From NCBI RefSeq assembly GCF_963921235.1, contig NC_086097.1, forward strand, positions 209,500,001-209,564,000: DNA of 64,000 bases, read 5' to 3'. Shown here piece by piece: positions 50,167-62,154 of the stretch. The translations under genes were made by a program, and so were the position numbers. A model generated the notes under the pieces. That model saw only the letters and a list, made by a program, of their open reading frames with translations. It searched no databases and was not told the DNA's origin. Each line of letters starts with the position of its first letter. The stretch's first letter is position 1. The stretch comes from Mobula hypostoma (taxonomy: Eukaryota).

Positions 50167-51710
50167 AAGCCTGCCTTTTTGTTGGCTTTGTGGAACAATC
50201 TATGTTCCAAACCTATTCTGGTATCTGTCCCCAACTTTTCCTTCGTTACATCGACGACTGCATTGGTGCTGCTTCCTGCACGCATGCCGAGCTCGTTGAC
50301 TTCATTAATTTTGCCTCCAACTTTCACCCTGCCCCCAAGTTTACCTGGTCCATTTCTGACACTTCTCTCCCCTTTCTAGATCTTTCTGTCTCTATCTCTG
50401 GAGACAGCTTATCTACTGATATCTACTACAAGCCTACTGACTCTGACAGCTATCTGGACTATTCCTGTTCTCACCCTGTCTCTTGCAAAAATGCCATCCC
50501 CTTCTCGCAATTCCTCCATCTCCGCCGCATCTGCTCTCAAGATGAGGCTTGTCATTCCAGGACGAAGGAGATGTCCCCCTTTTTTAAAGAAAGGGACTTC
50601 CCTTCCTCCACCATCAACTCTGCTCTCAAACGCATCTCTTCCATTTCATGCACATCTGCTCTCACTCCATCCTCCCGCCACCCCACTAGGAATAGGGTTC
50701 CCCTTGTCCTCACCTACCACCCCACCAGCCTCCAGGTCCAACATATAATTCTCCATAACTTCCGCCACCTCCAACGGGATCCCACCACTAAGCACATCTT
50801 TCCCTCCCCCCCCCCCGATTTCCGCAGGGATTGCTCCCTACGCGACTCCCTTGTCCATTCGTACCCCCCGATCCCTCCCCACTGATCTCCCTCCTGCCAC
50901 TTACCCTTGTAAGCAGAACAAGTGCTACACATGCCCTTACACTTCCTCCCTCACTACCATTCAGGGCCTCAGACAGTCCTTCCAGGTGAGGCGACACTTC
51001 ACCTGTGAGTCGGCTGGTGTGATATACTGCATCTGGTTCTCCCGATGTGGCCTTCTATATATTAGCGAGACCCGACGCAGACTGGGAGATTGTTTCACTG
51101 ACACATACGCTCTGTCCGCCAGAGAAAGCAGGATCTCCCAGTGGCCACACATTTTAATTCCATGTCCCATTCCCATTCTGATATGTCTATCCACGGCCTC
51201 CTCTACTGTAAAGATGAAGCCACACCCAGGTTGGAGGAACAACACCTTATATTCTGTCTGGGTAGCCTGCAACCTGATGGCATTAACATTGACTTCTCAA
51301 ACTTCTGCTAATACCCCACCTCCCCCTCATACCCCATCCGTTATTTATTTATATATACACATTCTTTTTCTCTCTCTCTCTCTCCTTTTTCTTCCTCTGT
51401 CCCCCGCACTATACCCCTTGCCCATCCTCTGGGTTCCCCCCCTCCTTTCTTTCTCCCTAGGCCTCCTGTCCCATTATCCTCTCATATCCTTTTTGCCAAT
51501 CAACTGTCCAGCTCTTGGCTCCATCCCTCCCCCTCCTGTCTTCTCCTATCATTTTGGATCTCCCCCTCCTCCTCCCACTTTCAAATCTCTTACTAGCTCT
51601 TCCTTCAGTTAGTCCTGATGACGGGTCTTGGCCCGAAATGTCGACTGTACCTCTTCCTAGAGATGCTGCCTGGCCTGCTGCGTTCACCAGCAACTTTTAT
51701 GTGTGTTGCT
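50167..51710 (+). mobile_element. 5'-truncated Penelope-like retrotransposon (RT C-terminus, GIY-YIG endonuclease, 3' repeat); Neptune-type Cys linker
   Basis: LRYIDDCIG RT motif, FLDLSV, YYKPTD; CKQNKCYTC linker; VIYCIW..CGLLYISETRRRL GIY-YIG; perfect 12-bp TSD TAAGGCTCTTCA (50155-50166 / 51711-51722). Confidence 0.95.
51611..51646 (+). ncRNA. Minimal type I hammerhead ribozyme motif in the PLE 3' repeat
   Basis: AGUC (stem I), CUGAUGA core, one extra nt, GGGU-CUUG-GCCC (stem II), GAAA, UGUC (predicted cut after 51642), GACU (stem I). Other copies read GAAACGUC. Confidence 0.7.
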
Positions 51711-52489
51711 TAAGGCTCTTCAGGGCTGCTACACATGCTTTCTGGTCAGATCTGGTCATTTTTTCTTTTCTATAAGCCAGGAGAGATGAGGGGCATGGAG
51801 TGTCTATCAACTCTGATCTTCATCATATCATTTGTATCACTTGAAACAAGTACCATCCCAAACGCAGAAAATTCAATATGTATCAGTGACTTCGAAATGG
51901 GAAAATTAGTAATCTTCACAAATAATAATTAAGAACACGAGACAGAAGCAAGCAAACACCTGCCATTTAAACACACTTTGGCAAATCTTTCAACACAGCC
52001 CGACCTTCCTGCACTGTCTGCACAGCATTCATTTCCCTGAAGGACAGGCAGAGAGAGCTGAAAGTTGGAGTACTGATTTATTAAGATGTAATATAGCCAG
52101 ATGGCAGGATCTTCTAGATCACTTCTTGATTACTGAAGAAATGGGGGATTCCTAATTTGCAATAATATGGATAGCATTCTGAATTAACAACAAGATGGCG
52201 GAAGTGTGCCTTGTATCATTCTAATATTTTTCAGCTGAGTTAAGTTATGCAGTTATGTAAAGTTCTCCATAGACCTCGGCAGTGAGCAAAATTGGAGGTG
52301 CATCTCTTCAAAGTGTTCTGGTGTCAAAGTGACATTTTGTGTGCCACAGGACAGAGGAGACACTGGATTACTTGGGGGAGGGGGAAGAGTTTTTTTTTTA
52401 AAAAGCGAGCAAGGCATTTTGCATGCCACAGAGGAGATGTTGGATTGTGCATAATTAGGCACTTGGGAGGTCCAATAAAGATGAGTTTC

Positions 52490-54745
52490 TTTTTGAGGAG
52501 AGCGGCCATTGTGTGAGTGGGTCAGTGTTGGAGTGGGGAGTTGAGGCTTTGGCTCATCAAAGCTTTAGCAAAGGGATGCTAGGCAGGTGGTAGATTTTTA
52601 TTTTTTCACTATTTATTTCTTTATTTTGTATTGCACATTTAGAGCAGTGGGGATGCCAGGCAGGATAGGTGAACGTTCCTCTTGCGGGATGTGGGAAGAC
52701 CGAGAAGACCTCTGGGGACCCTGACGACTACTGTTGCAATAAGTGCATCCAGTTGCAGTTTCTGACCGACTGTGTTCAGGAGTTGGAGAGGGAACTGAGC
52801 GAAATTTGATCATTCGGAAGGCTGAAGGGTGCTAGATGGAACGTATAGAGAGTTAGTTACAGCCAAGGTTCAGGACACGGGTAACTGGCTGACCGTCAGG
52901 AGAGAGGGATGGGGGATAGGCAGCCAGTGCAGTGTACCTCTGTGGCTGTGGGATACTGCTGCGGTGGTGGGGTGTTGGAATTGACCTAGCAGAGGAAAGC
53001 CGCAGGGGTCAGGTCTCTGGCACTGAGTCTGACACTGTGGCTCAGAAGGGAAGCAGGTAGAAGAGCTGAGCTATAGTGATAGGGGTTAGGAGAACAGAAA
53101 AGATTGTTTGCACCTGAACTGGAGGGGGACTAATATCCTAGTGAGAAGGTTTGCCAGTGCTGAATAGTGGGGTTTGGGGGGGGGGGTGGTTAAACTAGAT
53201 TTGCAGGGGGATGGGAATCAGTGCCAGAACAGATAGTGGAGTGGTCGTGGAGAAAGATCCATGTGCTGAACAAAGTCAGGAACTCAGATGTCGAGCATGG
53301 TGGGACTAATGATCTTAGGACATAGATCAGCATGTGCAATTATAACTTTGTGGCCACTAGTGAGATTTGGTTCCACGAGGGGTAGGACTAGCAGCTCCAT
53401 GTTCCGGGGTTCTGTTGTTTTAGATGTTATAGAGGGAGAGGGGTGGCATTACTCGTCATGGAAAATCGTCACAGCAGTACTCAATCAGAACAGACTAGAG
53501 AGCTCATCTAGTGAGGCTTCGTGAGTAGAAATGGTGAAAAAGAAAAGTTTAACCAGATTAATGGGATTATATTATAGACCAACCAATATTTCATGGGATT
53601 TGGAGGAGCAAATTCATAGACAGATTACAAACTGTTGCAAGAAACATAAGACTGTGATAGGTAACTTTTAACTTTCCACATACTGACAGGGACTCCCAAA
53701 CTGTAAAAGGGCTGGATGGGAAAGAGTTTGCCAAAGTCCCAACCAGAGAGAGTGTGATACTAGGTCTCCTATTAGGGAATGAGATGAGGCAGGTGACAGA
53801 AGTTTATGCTGGGGAACGCTTTGCATCTAGGGATCATAATGCCATTAGATTCAAGGTACATGTATTTATGGAAGAGGATAGGTCTGGTCCTCAGGTTGAG
53901 ATTCTAATTGGAGAAAGGCCAATTTTCATGGTATCAAAAAGGATCTGGCAAGTGTGGACTGGGACAGGCCGTTTTCTGGCAAAGGTGTACTTAGTAAGTG
54001 GGAGGCCTTCAAAAGTGAAATTTTGAGAGTACAGAGTTTGTATGTTCCTGTCAGAAGAAAAGGCAAGGATAACAGGTTTAGGGAGCCTTGGTTTTGTAGA
54101 GATATTGAGGCCCTGGTTAAGAAAAAGGTGTATAACAGGTATAGGCAGGTAGGAACAAATGAGGTCCTTCAAGACAATATGAAATGCAAGAGAGCACTTA
54201 AGGAAATCAGGAGGGTGGAAAAAAAAGACATGAGGTTGCCCCAGCAGACAAGGTGAAGGAGAATCCTAAGGAGTTCTACAGATATGTTAAAGAGCAAAAG
54301 GATAGGAAAGAATGAAATTGGTCCTCTGAAAAGTTGGTATGAAAATCTATGCATGGAGCCAAAAGCGAAGGGGGAAATCTTAAAATGGACTTTTTTGCAT
54401 CTCTCTTTACTCAGGGCAGTGACACAGTCTATAGAAGTGAGGCAAAGCAGCAGTGAGATCCTGGACCCAATACAGAGGAGGAGGTGTTTTGCTGACTTGA
54501 GGCAAATTAAGGTGAATAAATCCCCAGGGCCAGACAATGTGCTCCCTCGGACCTTGTGAGAGGATAGTGCAGAAATTGAGGGCCATATTTAAAACATACA
54601 TAGCTACGGGCAAGGTGCTGGAGGATTGGAGGATAGCTGATGTTGTTCCGTTGTTTAAGAAAGGCTCTATGGTTAACCAGGAAGCTAAAGCCTGACATCA
54701 GTAGTGGGAAAGTTATTGGAAGGTATTCTAAGGGACCAGATATAA
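52490..54745 (+). mobile_element. Degraded CR1 (5' UTR, ORF1 remnant, endonuclease, pre-RT region), 3'-truncated
   Basis: CxxC-type ORF1 start like the 8970 copy; WEAFKSEILRVQSLYVP, VNKSPGPDNVLPRTL. Confidence 0.85.
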
Positions 54746-54749
54746 AAGT

Positions 54750-55385
54750 TTGAAGTAAAATTTATTTTCAGAATACATTCGTGTCACCACATACAACCTT
54801 GAGGTTCCTTTTCTGCAGGCATACTTAGCAAATCTATAGAACTAACTGTAAGCATCAGGAATTAATTGTCAACAGTGCAAATGCGGATATAAATAAATAG
54901 CAATAAATAACAAGCATGAAATAACAATCTTACAGAATCTTTAAATGAGTGTAAGTATTCCCTTTTGTTCAAGAGCCTATTGGTTGAGGGGTAGTAACTG
55001 TTCTTCAACCTGGTGGTGCGAGTCCTGAGGCACCTGTACCTTCTACCTGATGGCAGTAGCCTGGGTGGTGAGGATCTTTTGATGATGGATGCTGCTTTTC
55101 TACGGCAGCATTTTATGTAGATGTGCTCAGTGGTTGGGAGGGTGTTACCCGTGATGTACTGGGCCAAATCCGTTACCTTTTGTAGGATTTTTCCACTCAA
55201 AGGCATTGAAGTTCCCATACCAGGCTGTAAGCAGCCAGTCAACGCACTTTTCATCACACATCTAGAGAAATTTGCCAAGTTTTTCAAAAACATACTGAAC
55301 CTCCGCAGACTCCTGAGAAAGTAGAGGTGCTGTCGTGCATTCTTCGCAATTATATTTATATGATGGATCCAGGATAGGTCACTTG
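54750..55385 (-). mobile_element. Rex1/Babar 3' fragment
   Basis: Minus-strand ORF DLSWIHHINIIAKNARQHLYFLRSLRRF...LPSGRRYRCLRTRTTRLKNSYYP. Confidence 0.88.
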
Positions 55386-55751
55386 GAAGGAGGACACGAA
55401 AAAGAACATGATTCAGCCTTTTACTAAATAACATAAGAATTATTTTTAATCACTTGATTAATATACTTAAAAATATTGTGAAAGCAAATGTTCAAAATTA
55501 TAAACCTTACTTTCAGTACCTTTTTAATATTAAAGCTGGTGAGTCTGCTGAACAAAATGGAACTTTAAGTCAGTACCAGCAACATAAATACTCATTTAAG
55601 GATCGTGATTTCCAGGCAATTGGACACCAAATTATAGGAGTCTGTCCGTAGTTTAACTATGCTGCCTAGCTAATAAACCAATCCCATAAGATACAAATAC
55701 AATATATCTTAATAGCTTTCTGAATTCAGGTTGGCACTGAAAATGATTATT

Positions 55752-55930
55752 ACCATAAAGTATAGGAGCAGAATTAGGCCATGTGGCCCACTAGGTCTGC
55801 TCCACCACTTCATCATAGCTAATCCATTTTCCCTCTCCGACCCAGTCTCTTGCCTTCCCCCATATCCCTTCATGCCCTGACCAATCAAGAATCTGTCAAC
55901 CTCAGCCTTAAATAAACATAAAGACTTGGC
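55752..55930 (-). mobile_element. CR1 3' tail
   Basis: Reverse ccataaagtataggagcagaattaggcc tail. Confidence 0.75.
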
Positions 55931-56592
55931 CTAAATCAGCATTGCCCTCAAGATTTTTCAGGGACATTGACTCTTCAATGTTGAGAAGAATTGTGGAGGA
56001 AAAAGTAGCTTTGATCCAGGGTTTTTTTTTGCAGCTGAAATCTTGCACAGGTGCCATTAACATGCAGAAAGTAGCAAGCTTCCATGGCTTTGATTTATTG
56101 GAAGTTGCATGCACCAAGTTTAACCACATTACTGTAGAAAAGGATCAGAACAACATGATTGGTTGATATGGGTCTGACTGAACTTGGAAACTGTGCAGCT
56201 TGTGTATCAAAGGAACGAGCTTGCTACTTGAAGAATCTTCAGAGAAATGTTTAAGCGTGCTGCCTAGCAAGTAAACAATTTGCTCATTTGAATATTGCAA
56301 TTAAAGAGGAACCACAGACAAAAACAATAGTGCATGATTTTGATTAAAGGAGAATCCAAGATACAGAATTGTTTTTAGAACAATGAATGTCTCAGTTTCA
56401 AGGAAAATATATATCAGTGCCTGTCATATTTTTCTTCTTAGCATTGATTAGTTTAGCACATGCAAATTAACTTCTTCCCATCCGACCCACTCATGCTCTC
56501 CTGGGTCCTCTGTTTGTTCAGTTTATTGTACAAGCATTTATATGGCTCTTTGACAGTATTGTTCAGTATATAGCAATCCATAATTCTCCCTT

Positions 56593-57425
56593 ATACAGTG
56601 AATTCCAGTTAATTGGAACACACAGGGATAGGTATATTTTGGCCTAATTAAGTGGCTACCAAATTGGCCAAAGTTTCATGGAAATAGTTAAAATTGTATA
56701 AAAAAGACAAACTACATTTACACAGGAAGATCTGTAGAGGCTGGAAATCCAAAGCAACACGCAAAATGTGGGAGGAACTCAGCAGGTCAGGCAGCATCTA
56801 TGGAAAAAAGTAAACCGTCGGCTTTTTGGGCTGAGACCCTTCATCAGGACTGGAAGGAAAGATGAGAAGTCAGGGTAAGATGGTGGGAGGAAGGGAGAAG
56901 GATGTACAAGGTGATGGGTGAAAACAGGAGAGGGGAGGGGGCAAAGTAAAGAGCTGGGAAGTTGATTGGTAAACTCCCCCCACCTTCTTAGTCTAACTTC
57001 TCATCTTTCTAGTTCTGGTGAAGGGTTTCGGCCCGAAACATCAGCTGTTCATTCTTTCCTGTAGATGCTACCCAAACTACCATTTAACTGGGTAGCAAAT
57101 TAGGTACTGTATTTCAATAAAATACGGAACAAATTAGAACACTCCCAATGCTACTACAGTACTATTAAACTGTGTATTAGTTCCTTACTAATAGTTTTTG
57201 ATGGAGGAATTAATCCAGTGAATGCTCCACATTGTTTTGATTAAGAGTAAATGAACAAAATCAGTGTAGATAATGGATTGCCATGTAGTGCTTTTGATAA
57301 TTGCATCTTTCAAATCTTTGTTTTCATTATAATTTCAAGATGATTGTTGATACCTTTAAATTCTTTGTAGTCCCTAACTTGTTGAAGTAGTGAAATAGTT
57401 TCATTTTCACTCCTGGCCATTTTTT
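56593..57425. mobile_element. Probable Tigger-like DNA transposon remnant interrupted by a PLE
   Basis: TA-CAGTG start with an internal ttaatt subterminal pattern; sequence resumes after the PLE; no second TIR found. Confidence 0.45.
56721..57072. mobile_element. Fold-back Penelope-like insert
   Basis: Inverted PLE ends; TSD-like CAAACTACATTTA / CAAACTACCATTTA (56708-56720 / 57073-57086). Confidence 0.82.
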
Positions 57426-58185
57426 GTGCACTTGTACTCACAGGTCCTTCTGCTCACAGCACTCCTCAGTGCCTAGCCATCCATTGTATATCCTACCCTG
57501 GTTTGACTGTCCAAAATGTATCTCCACTTAATTAATTTGAAATACATTTGTCATTCCTCAGCACAACTGTCTAACTGATCAAGGTCACTTTTCAATTCCT
57601 CGTAACCCCTCTAATCTAGAATCTTCAGCAAACTTACTAATTATATCATGTACATTGATATCCAAAACATTTACATAAATGATGAATAACAGAGGTCCCA
57701 ACACTGACCCATGGGGCACCCCACGAGTCACAGGTCTCAAGTTAGAGAATCAACCTTCAACCATCAACTTCTGCTTCCTAATAAATGAGCGAATTCTGAA
57801 TCCACCTTGTTAGCTCATCCTGAATCCCTTGTAATCCTAACCTTCCAGATCAGACGGTCATGCAGGACCTTGTCAAAGGCCTTACTAAAGTCTGTATTGA
57901 CAGCATTACCTTCATTTGTCCCCTTAGTTATCCCTTTGGAAAAACTCCATAAGATTTGTCAGACATAACTTCCCACACAAAAGCATACTGACTATTCCTG
58001 ATCAAGTCTTGACTATCCAAATGATAGTAGATCTTGTCCTTCAGAATTCCCTCAAGTAACTTCCCCACAACTGAAGTTAGGCTCGCCAACCTGCAGTTCC
58101 CTGGCCTGTCTTTGTTACCCTTCATGAACTATGAAGCATTAGTAACCATCCTCCAGTCCTCTGGAGCTTTGCCAGTGGTTAACGA
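57425..58185 (-). mobile_element. Old CR1 RT fragment
   Basis: Minus-strand peptide KGNKDRPGNCRLASLTSVVGKLLEGILKD. Confidence 0.8.
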
Positions 58186-58831
58186 CGAAGCAAAAATAAA
58201 AAGCTAACAGCACACAACCTAACATCAACACCGCCCCCCCCCAGCACCCTCCCCTTGCACGACAAAATGGAAAAGGAATGAGCGATTTAAAAAAAAGAAT
58301 ATAAAAACCATAAATCTGAATAAGTCCACAGTCCATAAACGCAATAGTCCAATCCATAAACGCAGAAACACGATACCATTGGAAGATATCACTGACATTC
58401 ATCAAAAGAGTTGATAAGTTTACACCACATGAGGCAGAGAGGCCTACCTGCATGCCACAGTGAGCTGCCCAGCGATAGGCTGCTCACAGATTTCTCCACC
58501 GGCAGCGATCAAAAGGAAGGCAGTCCGTACTGAACTCTCGCTCGCCTTCTGCATTCGCCTCTATGTCCTAACTTTCCTTGTTGCTTTAATTGTGATTAAT
58601 TGGCGCTTTAATCAGTGAAATGGAGTTAAATATCAGCTCGCGTCCTGTTTCGAAATTTCTTCACGTTGAGGCCATCTGAGTACCTGCTTGCATGCCAGAA
58701 TCTTGGTGTCAGCAAAGCACTGGATCACTCAAGCTGTCTCCAAACTGTAAATTGCAGGCTCTAACAGTCCCAGAAACATATTTAAGGTGAAAAACAGATG
58801 TAAAATAAGTTTAAAAAAAGACATTTTCATG

Positions 58832-59042
58832 GTGCATACACGAAGAAATCTGCAGATGCTGGAAATTCAAGCCACACACATCAAAGTTGCTGGTGAGCGC
58901 AGCAGGCCAGGCAGCATCTCTGGGAAGAGGTACAGACAACGTTTCAGGCCGAGACCCTTTGTCTCGGCCCAAAACGTCGACTGTACCTCTTCCTAAAGAT
59001 GCTGCCTGGCTTGCTGCGTTCACCAGCAACTTTGATGTGTGT
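58832..59042. mobile_element. Fold-back (palindromic) Penelope-like mini insert
   Basis: Arms of about 83 bp (58873-58955 / 58961-59043), 5-nt loop; TSD-like GACATTTTCATG / GATATTTTCATG (58820-58831 / 59043-59054). Confidence 0.9.
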
Positions 59043-59686
59043 GATATTTTCATGAGCTATCTGAGGGAGCAAGGGAGTGTTGTAAGCTTGCGCCATCTTG
59101 CAAGTAATTAGTAATTTAAAAGATGAAAGAGCAATTATCACTTTCATGTTCACTGAGACTCCTTAGAAGTTGGATCTGGAAGCTGAGACAGTCTGAAAAT
59201 GTATCCTTATTAAACTTTATTATTTTACTCTGTTCAAGTGTTTATTATCTCAGGATTACTCACAATGCCTTAGAAAGGAGTAAGGCCAATCTTTTGCTGT
59301 AGTCTCAGAGTTTCTGCGTTGTTGTCCTGGGGCATGATGCTTTGTGCAATTTAAAGTTTGTTGTAATTAGTTTAAATAGATGTGCTTTGAAGTTCATCAA
59401 AGATTCCCTCTTATTGAAACAATATTCAGTCTCAGTGCTTTCAGTAATGGCAATTACCATTATATTGAAATGCAGAAAATCCTAAGTAAATTTACCAACT
59501 CCAGTTAGTTGTTGCTTAACACACAGTTAGTGAAAAATGATTCTAATACAGAATCTGGGGATTAATATATGCTAGGAATATTCACTCTGCAGTTTAGCTG
59601 TGAAGGAAAAAGCGTCTGATGAAAGTAATGCCAAGTCATGGATTTACACAATTATATTTTTGATAACTGAGGTAAAGAGAAATTAA

Positions 59687-59877
59687 CCAGAGAAAACCTG
59701 CAGCTTCTGGAAATCCAAGCACCACACATGAAATGCTGGAGGAGCTTGGCAGGCCAGGCAGCATCTATGGAAAAGAGTAAACAGTCGATATTTCGGGCTG
59801 AGACCCATCGTGAAATGTCAACTGTTTTCTCCTTTCCGTAGATGCTGCTGGACTTCCTTCAGCATTTTGTGTGTGTT
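59687..59877. mobile_element. Fold-back Penelope-like mini insert
   Basis: Inverted PLE ends; perfect 15-bp TSD GTAAAGAGAAATTAA (59672-59686 / 59878-59892). Confidence 0.88.
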
Positions 59878-60502
59878 GTAAAGAGAAATTAAACTCTCTC
59901 CTTAAATCAAAGGAAGTTAAGGCAGAGTTTCCACTGGGAGGAGGTAAGGTAATCTTAAATACAGATTTAAAAAATATGCCCATTTCCTGTAGAGGTGAAA
60001 GCAAATAGGTTCCCTCCTGTGGTAATTAACTGTTCTTTATCCAGTAAATGAGCCTGGGCATCAAATCTTGGCTTCAGTTTGCTCAGTGTATTGCTTTTTT
60101 TTTACAGTTCTTGATTAACTTATGTACATTATAACATCTCCATCTCATGGGGGTTATGGGTTGGAACCTCGCCATCCTCTTGAAATGATCGAACCACATT
60201 CCATATTATTTGTCTCATGGTCAGTAGCGTTCTGTCTTTTGCTGCAAAGTTTTAAAACTCCTTCAACCACAATTGCATTGCTCTTGTTCCTTTGAAGGGG
60301 GAGGGTGACGTTGCATGCACCATTCCTGTTTGCTCTTAAAAATTTACTTATTTTTATTGCTTTAGTCTTGTTTATTATATATGTTCTTCCTGACTGGCTT
60401 TCAGATCAGTAATATTCTTCTCTTTATCTTCTACCCTGATTATCTGCTGAGATGCTTCATTTGACCACTGATGTTATTTACATAGGCATTGATTCTCTAA
60501 AT

Positions 60503-60585
60503 CAGGGGTTCTCAAACCTTTTCTTATGCCATGGACCCACTACCAGTAACTGAGGTGTACGTGGACCGCAGGTTAGTGAGGCCTA
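60503..60585. mobile_element. Short hAT (Charlie-like) MITE
   Basis: CAGGGGTTCTCAAAC start, degenerate inverted end, 8-bp TSD-like CTCTAAAT / CTGTAGAT. Confidence 0.55.
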
Positions 60586-61254
60586 CTGTAGATGCTCCTT
60601 GTTGATGCCCCACTTCAATTTCACCTCTTGACACTACTACCTTAGCGTTTTCCTTAATCCCTATCCTTTTGTAGCAATTTATTTGTTTAATAAACATATC
60701 GTTATTCTTGATTGCGGTGTTTGCTTGTGTTTTTAAGCGTCAAATTAAAAATGATTAACCTTTTCACCCCAAAAAGTGTTTTTGAATTGATTCCTATATC
60801 CACTGTCTAAGATGACTCTAGCTACCCCTCCTTGAGGAGTACTTAGCAATCATGCTCATGCTGGACCCATTCCTTCATCTCCTTTATCACTGCTGCTGCT
60901 AATTGGAGTTTCTCTGTAAGGAAAAGCAAATCTAGCATTGCCCTCCCAGCCCAGAAATCAATCCACCAATACTATGCTGATTCCAAGATATTGTTAAGTT
61001 TAATTTCTACTGTTAATCGGTGTTTTATTCTTTCTGCTTTCTTTTGCAGATGTTTGATTAATCAATGATTGCCTTTACAGTTTGAGGTGACCTGAAAGGA
61101 AGAGTCAAGCACTTATTCAGCCTGATCTGGGATTGAAAATGTGTTAAATTTTCCTTCGTTTTGTTTCTGAATCTTTCCCTTTGGTGTATTTCTCTTTTCC
61201 TCTTCCCAACATAGCTGGCCAGCAGTGGAAATCGTATGTGCTTTCTTTTGTAAG

Positions 61255-61655
61255 GTGCACAAAATACTGGAGGAACCCAGCAGCTCAGGTAACATCTACG
61301 GAGAGGAATAAGCACTGGACATTTCAGGTCAAGACACTTCATCAGGACTGAAAAGGATGGGGAGGAAAGCCAGAATAAGAAGGCAGGGGAGGGGAAGAAG
61401 TACAAGCTGACTGGTGTTAGGTGAAACCAGGTGGAGGAAAGGTGGGTTGGTGGGGGAGGTGGAATGAAGTAAGATGCTGGGGGGATGGGGGGGATGGTGG
61501 GAAAAGGCTGAAAATAAAGATCTAAAAGGAGAAGACAATGGATCATGGAAGAAAGGGAAGAAGGAGGGGCACCAGACAGAGGTGAGGAGAAGAGAAGTGA
61601 TGAGACGGGAGCCAAAATGGGGAATGCAAAAGAGAGAGAGAGAAGGGGAGGGGAT
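61255..61655 (-). mobile_element. Penelope-like 3' end
   Basis: PLE terminal motif, hammerhead core on the minus strand at 61339-61345, purine-rich 3' UTR complement. Confidence 0.8.
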
Positions 61656-62154
61656 AGAAACTACTTTCCTTTATGTGCCATGCTAGGTGATGATGGAAAG
61701 CAAGATGCAACAATTCTGGAAGAAAACTGCAATAGCATTCATAATTTGAGGAAGAGTCCTGATTTCAAACTGTATTTTCTGTACAGTATTTATAGTAAGG
61801 TATTTAATTTTTTCAGTATCATATTTAGCAGACAATAAATTTAAATGTTAATCATTGCACTGAGTTTTCATGCAGAAGAATTTGGTGCCTCATGTCAACT
61901 TTTTGATGACAGGGACAGATTTGATAGAACTGGTGATTTCCCCATTCTCATTTTTAAATTTGTGTTGTGGAGTCATTGAAAGGTCATATGAGAAAGCTGC
62001 TTTAACCATATCTGAAATCAGCCTAGACTGTTTTTAATAAACCTGATGCATAGATTTTCACTGACTTGTCATTGCTCAGGAACACTACCTCATTACCCCT
62101 TTTTTTACCACAATTTATTTATTTTTGTGATTTATAGTAATTTTATGTCTTTAA

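Noticed and set aside
18719..59877. Recurring palindromic repeats as a CRISPR array or bacterial REP elements
   Set aside because: Dispersed, no spacer periodicity, no cas genes; they match the 3' end of the Penelope-like element at 50167-51710 and have TSDs.
61021..61090. Strong polypyrimidine tract and AG at 61049 as XKR4 exon 2
   Set aside because: In the required phase it reads RCLINQ-stop with no XK-family similarity; exon 2 appears to lie beyond the window.
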